A stretch of 64,000 bases of DNA, taken from Eledone cirrhosa. Its lineage: Eukaryota. The stretch is from positions 80,538,001-80,602,000 of the forward strand of contig OZ024741.1 of assembly GCA_964016885.1 (NCBI GenBank), given 5' to 3'. How positions within the stretch are numbered: position 1 is the first letter of the stretch; the number at the start of each line of letters is the position of its first letter. The position numbers and the translations under genes are program-made. Under the pieces are notes generated by a model that worked only from the letters and a program-made list of their open reading frames with translations, had not been told where the DNA came from and made no database searches. Shown one piece after another: positions 62,298 to 64,000 of the stretch.

Positions 62298-63841
62298 TTG
62301 GCATTTGTCGACCTTGAGAAAGCCTTTGACAGAGTTCCACGTGCAGTAATCTGGTGGGCTCTTAGAAAACTAGGAGTAGATGAATGGCTTGTGAAAGCGG
62401 TACAAGCCATGTATAGGGGAGCAGTCAGCAAAGTTAGGATTGGCAATGAGTATAGCGAGGAATTTAGCGTACAGGTTGGGGTCCACCAGGGCTCTGTTCT
62501 TAGCCCTCTCCTGTTCATCATAGTCCTGCAGGCAATAACGGAGGAGTTTAAGACCGGATGCCCATGGGAACTCCTGTATGCTGATGACCTCGCACTCATA
62601 GCTGAATCTATGGTAGAACTAGAGAATAAATTCCAAACCTGGAAGCAGGGACTAGAGAGAAAGGGCCTCAAAGTCAACATGACAAAGACTAAGGTCCTTA
62701 TAAGTAGACGAGAAAACAGAACCCAGATCCCCTCAGGGAAATGGCCTTGCTCAGTATGTAGGAAAGGTGTAGGTAGGAACTCCATTCTTTGCCCCAAATG
62801 CAAACAATGGGTACACAAGAGATGTAGCGGGATCTCAGGAAGCTTAATTAAGAATGTAGGATTCACATGCAGCAGCTGTGCTGAAACAGCAAGCAAACAG
62901 CCACAGGAAACAAGTACCACCAATCTCTGGGAGGGCCCTGTAGAAACAGTAGACAGCTTCTGCTACCTAGGTGACCGAATTAGCAACGGAGGTGGGTGCT
63001 CAGAAAGTACAATAACTAGGGTAAGAACGGGATGGAAGAAGTTTAGGGAACTACTACCACTGCTAGCTGCAAAAGGCTTCTCCCTCAGAATGAAAGGCAG
63101 ACTGTATGATGCGTGTATCCGAACAGCGATGTTGCATGGTAGTGAGACCTGGGCGCTGAAGGTGGAAGACTTACGTAGATTAGAGAGAAACGAAGCCTGC
63201 ATGCTCCGATGGATGTGTAACAGTAATATACGTGAACGACAAAGCATAAATGAATTGAGAGAGAGACTGAGCATAAGAGGAATCAAATGCTGCGTGCAGG
63301 AGAGGCGGTTACGCTGGTATGGACATGTGATGCGTATGAAGGATGACAGCTGCATAAAAAGGTGCAGAGCACTAGAAGTTGATGGAAACCGCGGAGTGGG
63401 GAGACCCAAGATGACTTGGGATGAGATGATAAAAGCCGACCTTACCCAACTACACCTCTCAAAGTCAATGACACACGACCGTGACTTCTGGCGTCACGCA
63501 GTAATACAGGGTACCCGACCTCCCATGGGTACATGCTGAAGCATATAAACAATATGCCCCCCCCCCCACCGCAAGGTGGTCGTGGAGGTGCCACGGCAAA
63601 AAAGCACCCAGCCCACACTGTAAAGTGGACGTGTAGGCGCCACGAAAAAGCACCCAGCACTCACTGTAAATGAGGTTGGTGTTAGGAAGGGCATCCAGCT
63701 GTAGAAATCAAGCCAGATCAGTTCCTGTATGAGCAAGGCATGGTCAGCCGACCAGACACTGCCCACAACAGGACAACCCGTCTAACCCATGCTAGCGTGG
63801 AAGAACGGACGTAAAACGGTGATGATGATGATGATGATGAT
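62298..63841 (+). mobile_element. 5'-truncated RTE LINE of a second subfamily
   Basis: Open ORF 62298..63539 (AFVDLEKAFDRV, YADD, PHD-like finger), visibly diverged from the other four copies; (GAT)n tail; same microsatellite on both sides. Confidence 0.95.
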
Positions 63842-63946
63842 AATTATATATATATATATTTATATATATATATATAATTATATATATATATATTTATATA
63901 TATATATATAATTATATATATATATATTTATATATATATATATAAT

Positions 63947-63981
<35 letters not shown>

Positions 63982-64000
63982 ATAATTATATATATATATA

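Overview
This is an AT-rich, repeat-dense metazoan genomic window; the SINE, RTE, Helitron and MITE repertoire suggests a cephalopod mollusc such as octopus (inference). The main host gene is a + strand PRUNE-family DHH/DHHA2 phosphoesterase (exopolyphosphatase-like). Seven short GT-AG exons between 7633 and 31664 splice in frame into a ~2.5-kb exon (34219-36703) encoding a long acidic, Ser-rich tail. The first coding exon was not found. Candidate extra exons at 33440, 44501 and 48377 suggest short and long isoforms. Introns and the 3' part contain five young RTE-clade LINE copies with a PHD-type finger inside the RT region, a head-to-tail array of Helitron derivatives (one with a Pif1 helicase remnant, one with a 13x16-bp minisatellite), and a rearranged Penelope-like element with a minimal hammerhead ribozyme. 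Also present are R4/Dong and Tx1 LINE fragments, a mariner relic, MULE-, piggyBac- and Tc1-type MITEs, tRNA-derived SINEs and (TA)n arrays. All calls come from manual reading; no alignments or searches were run.
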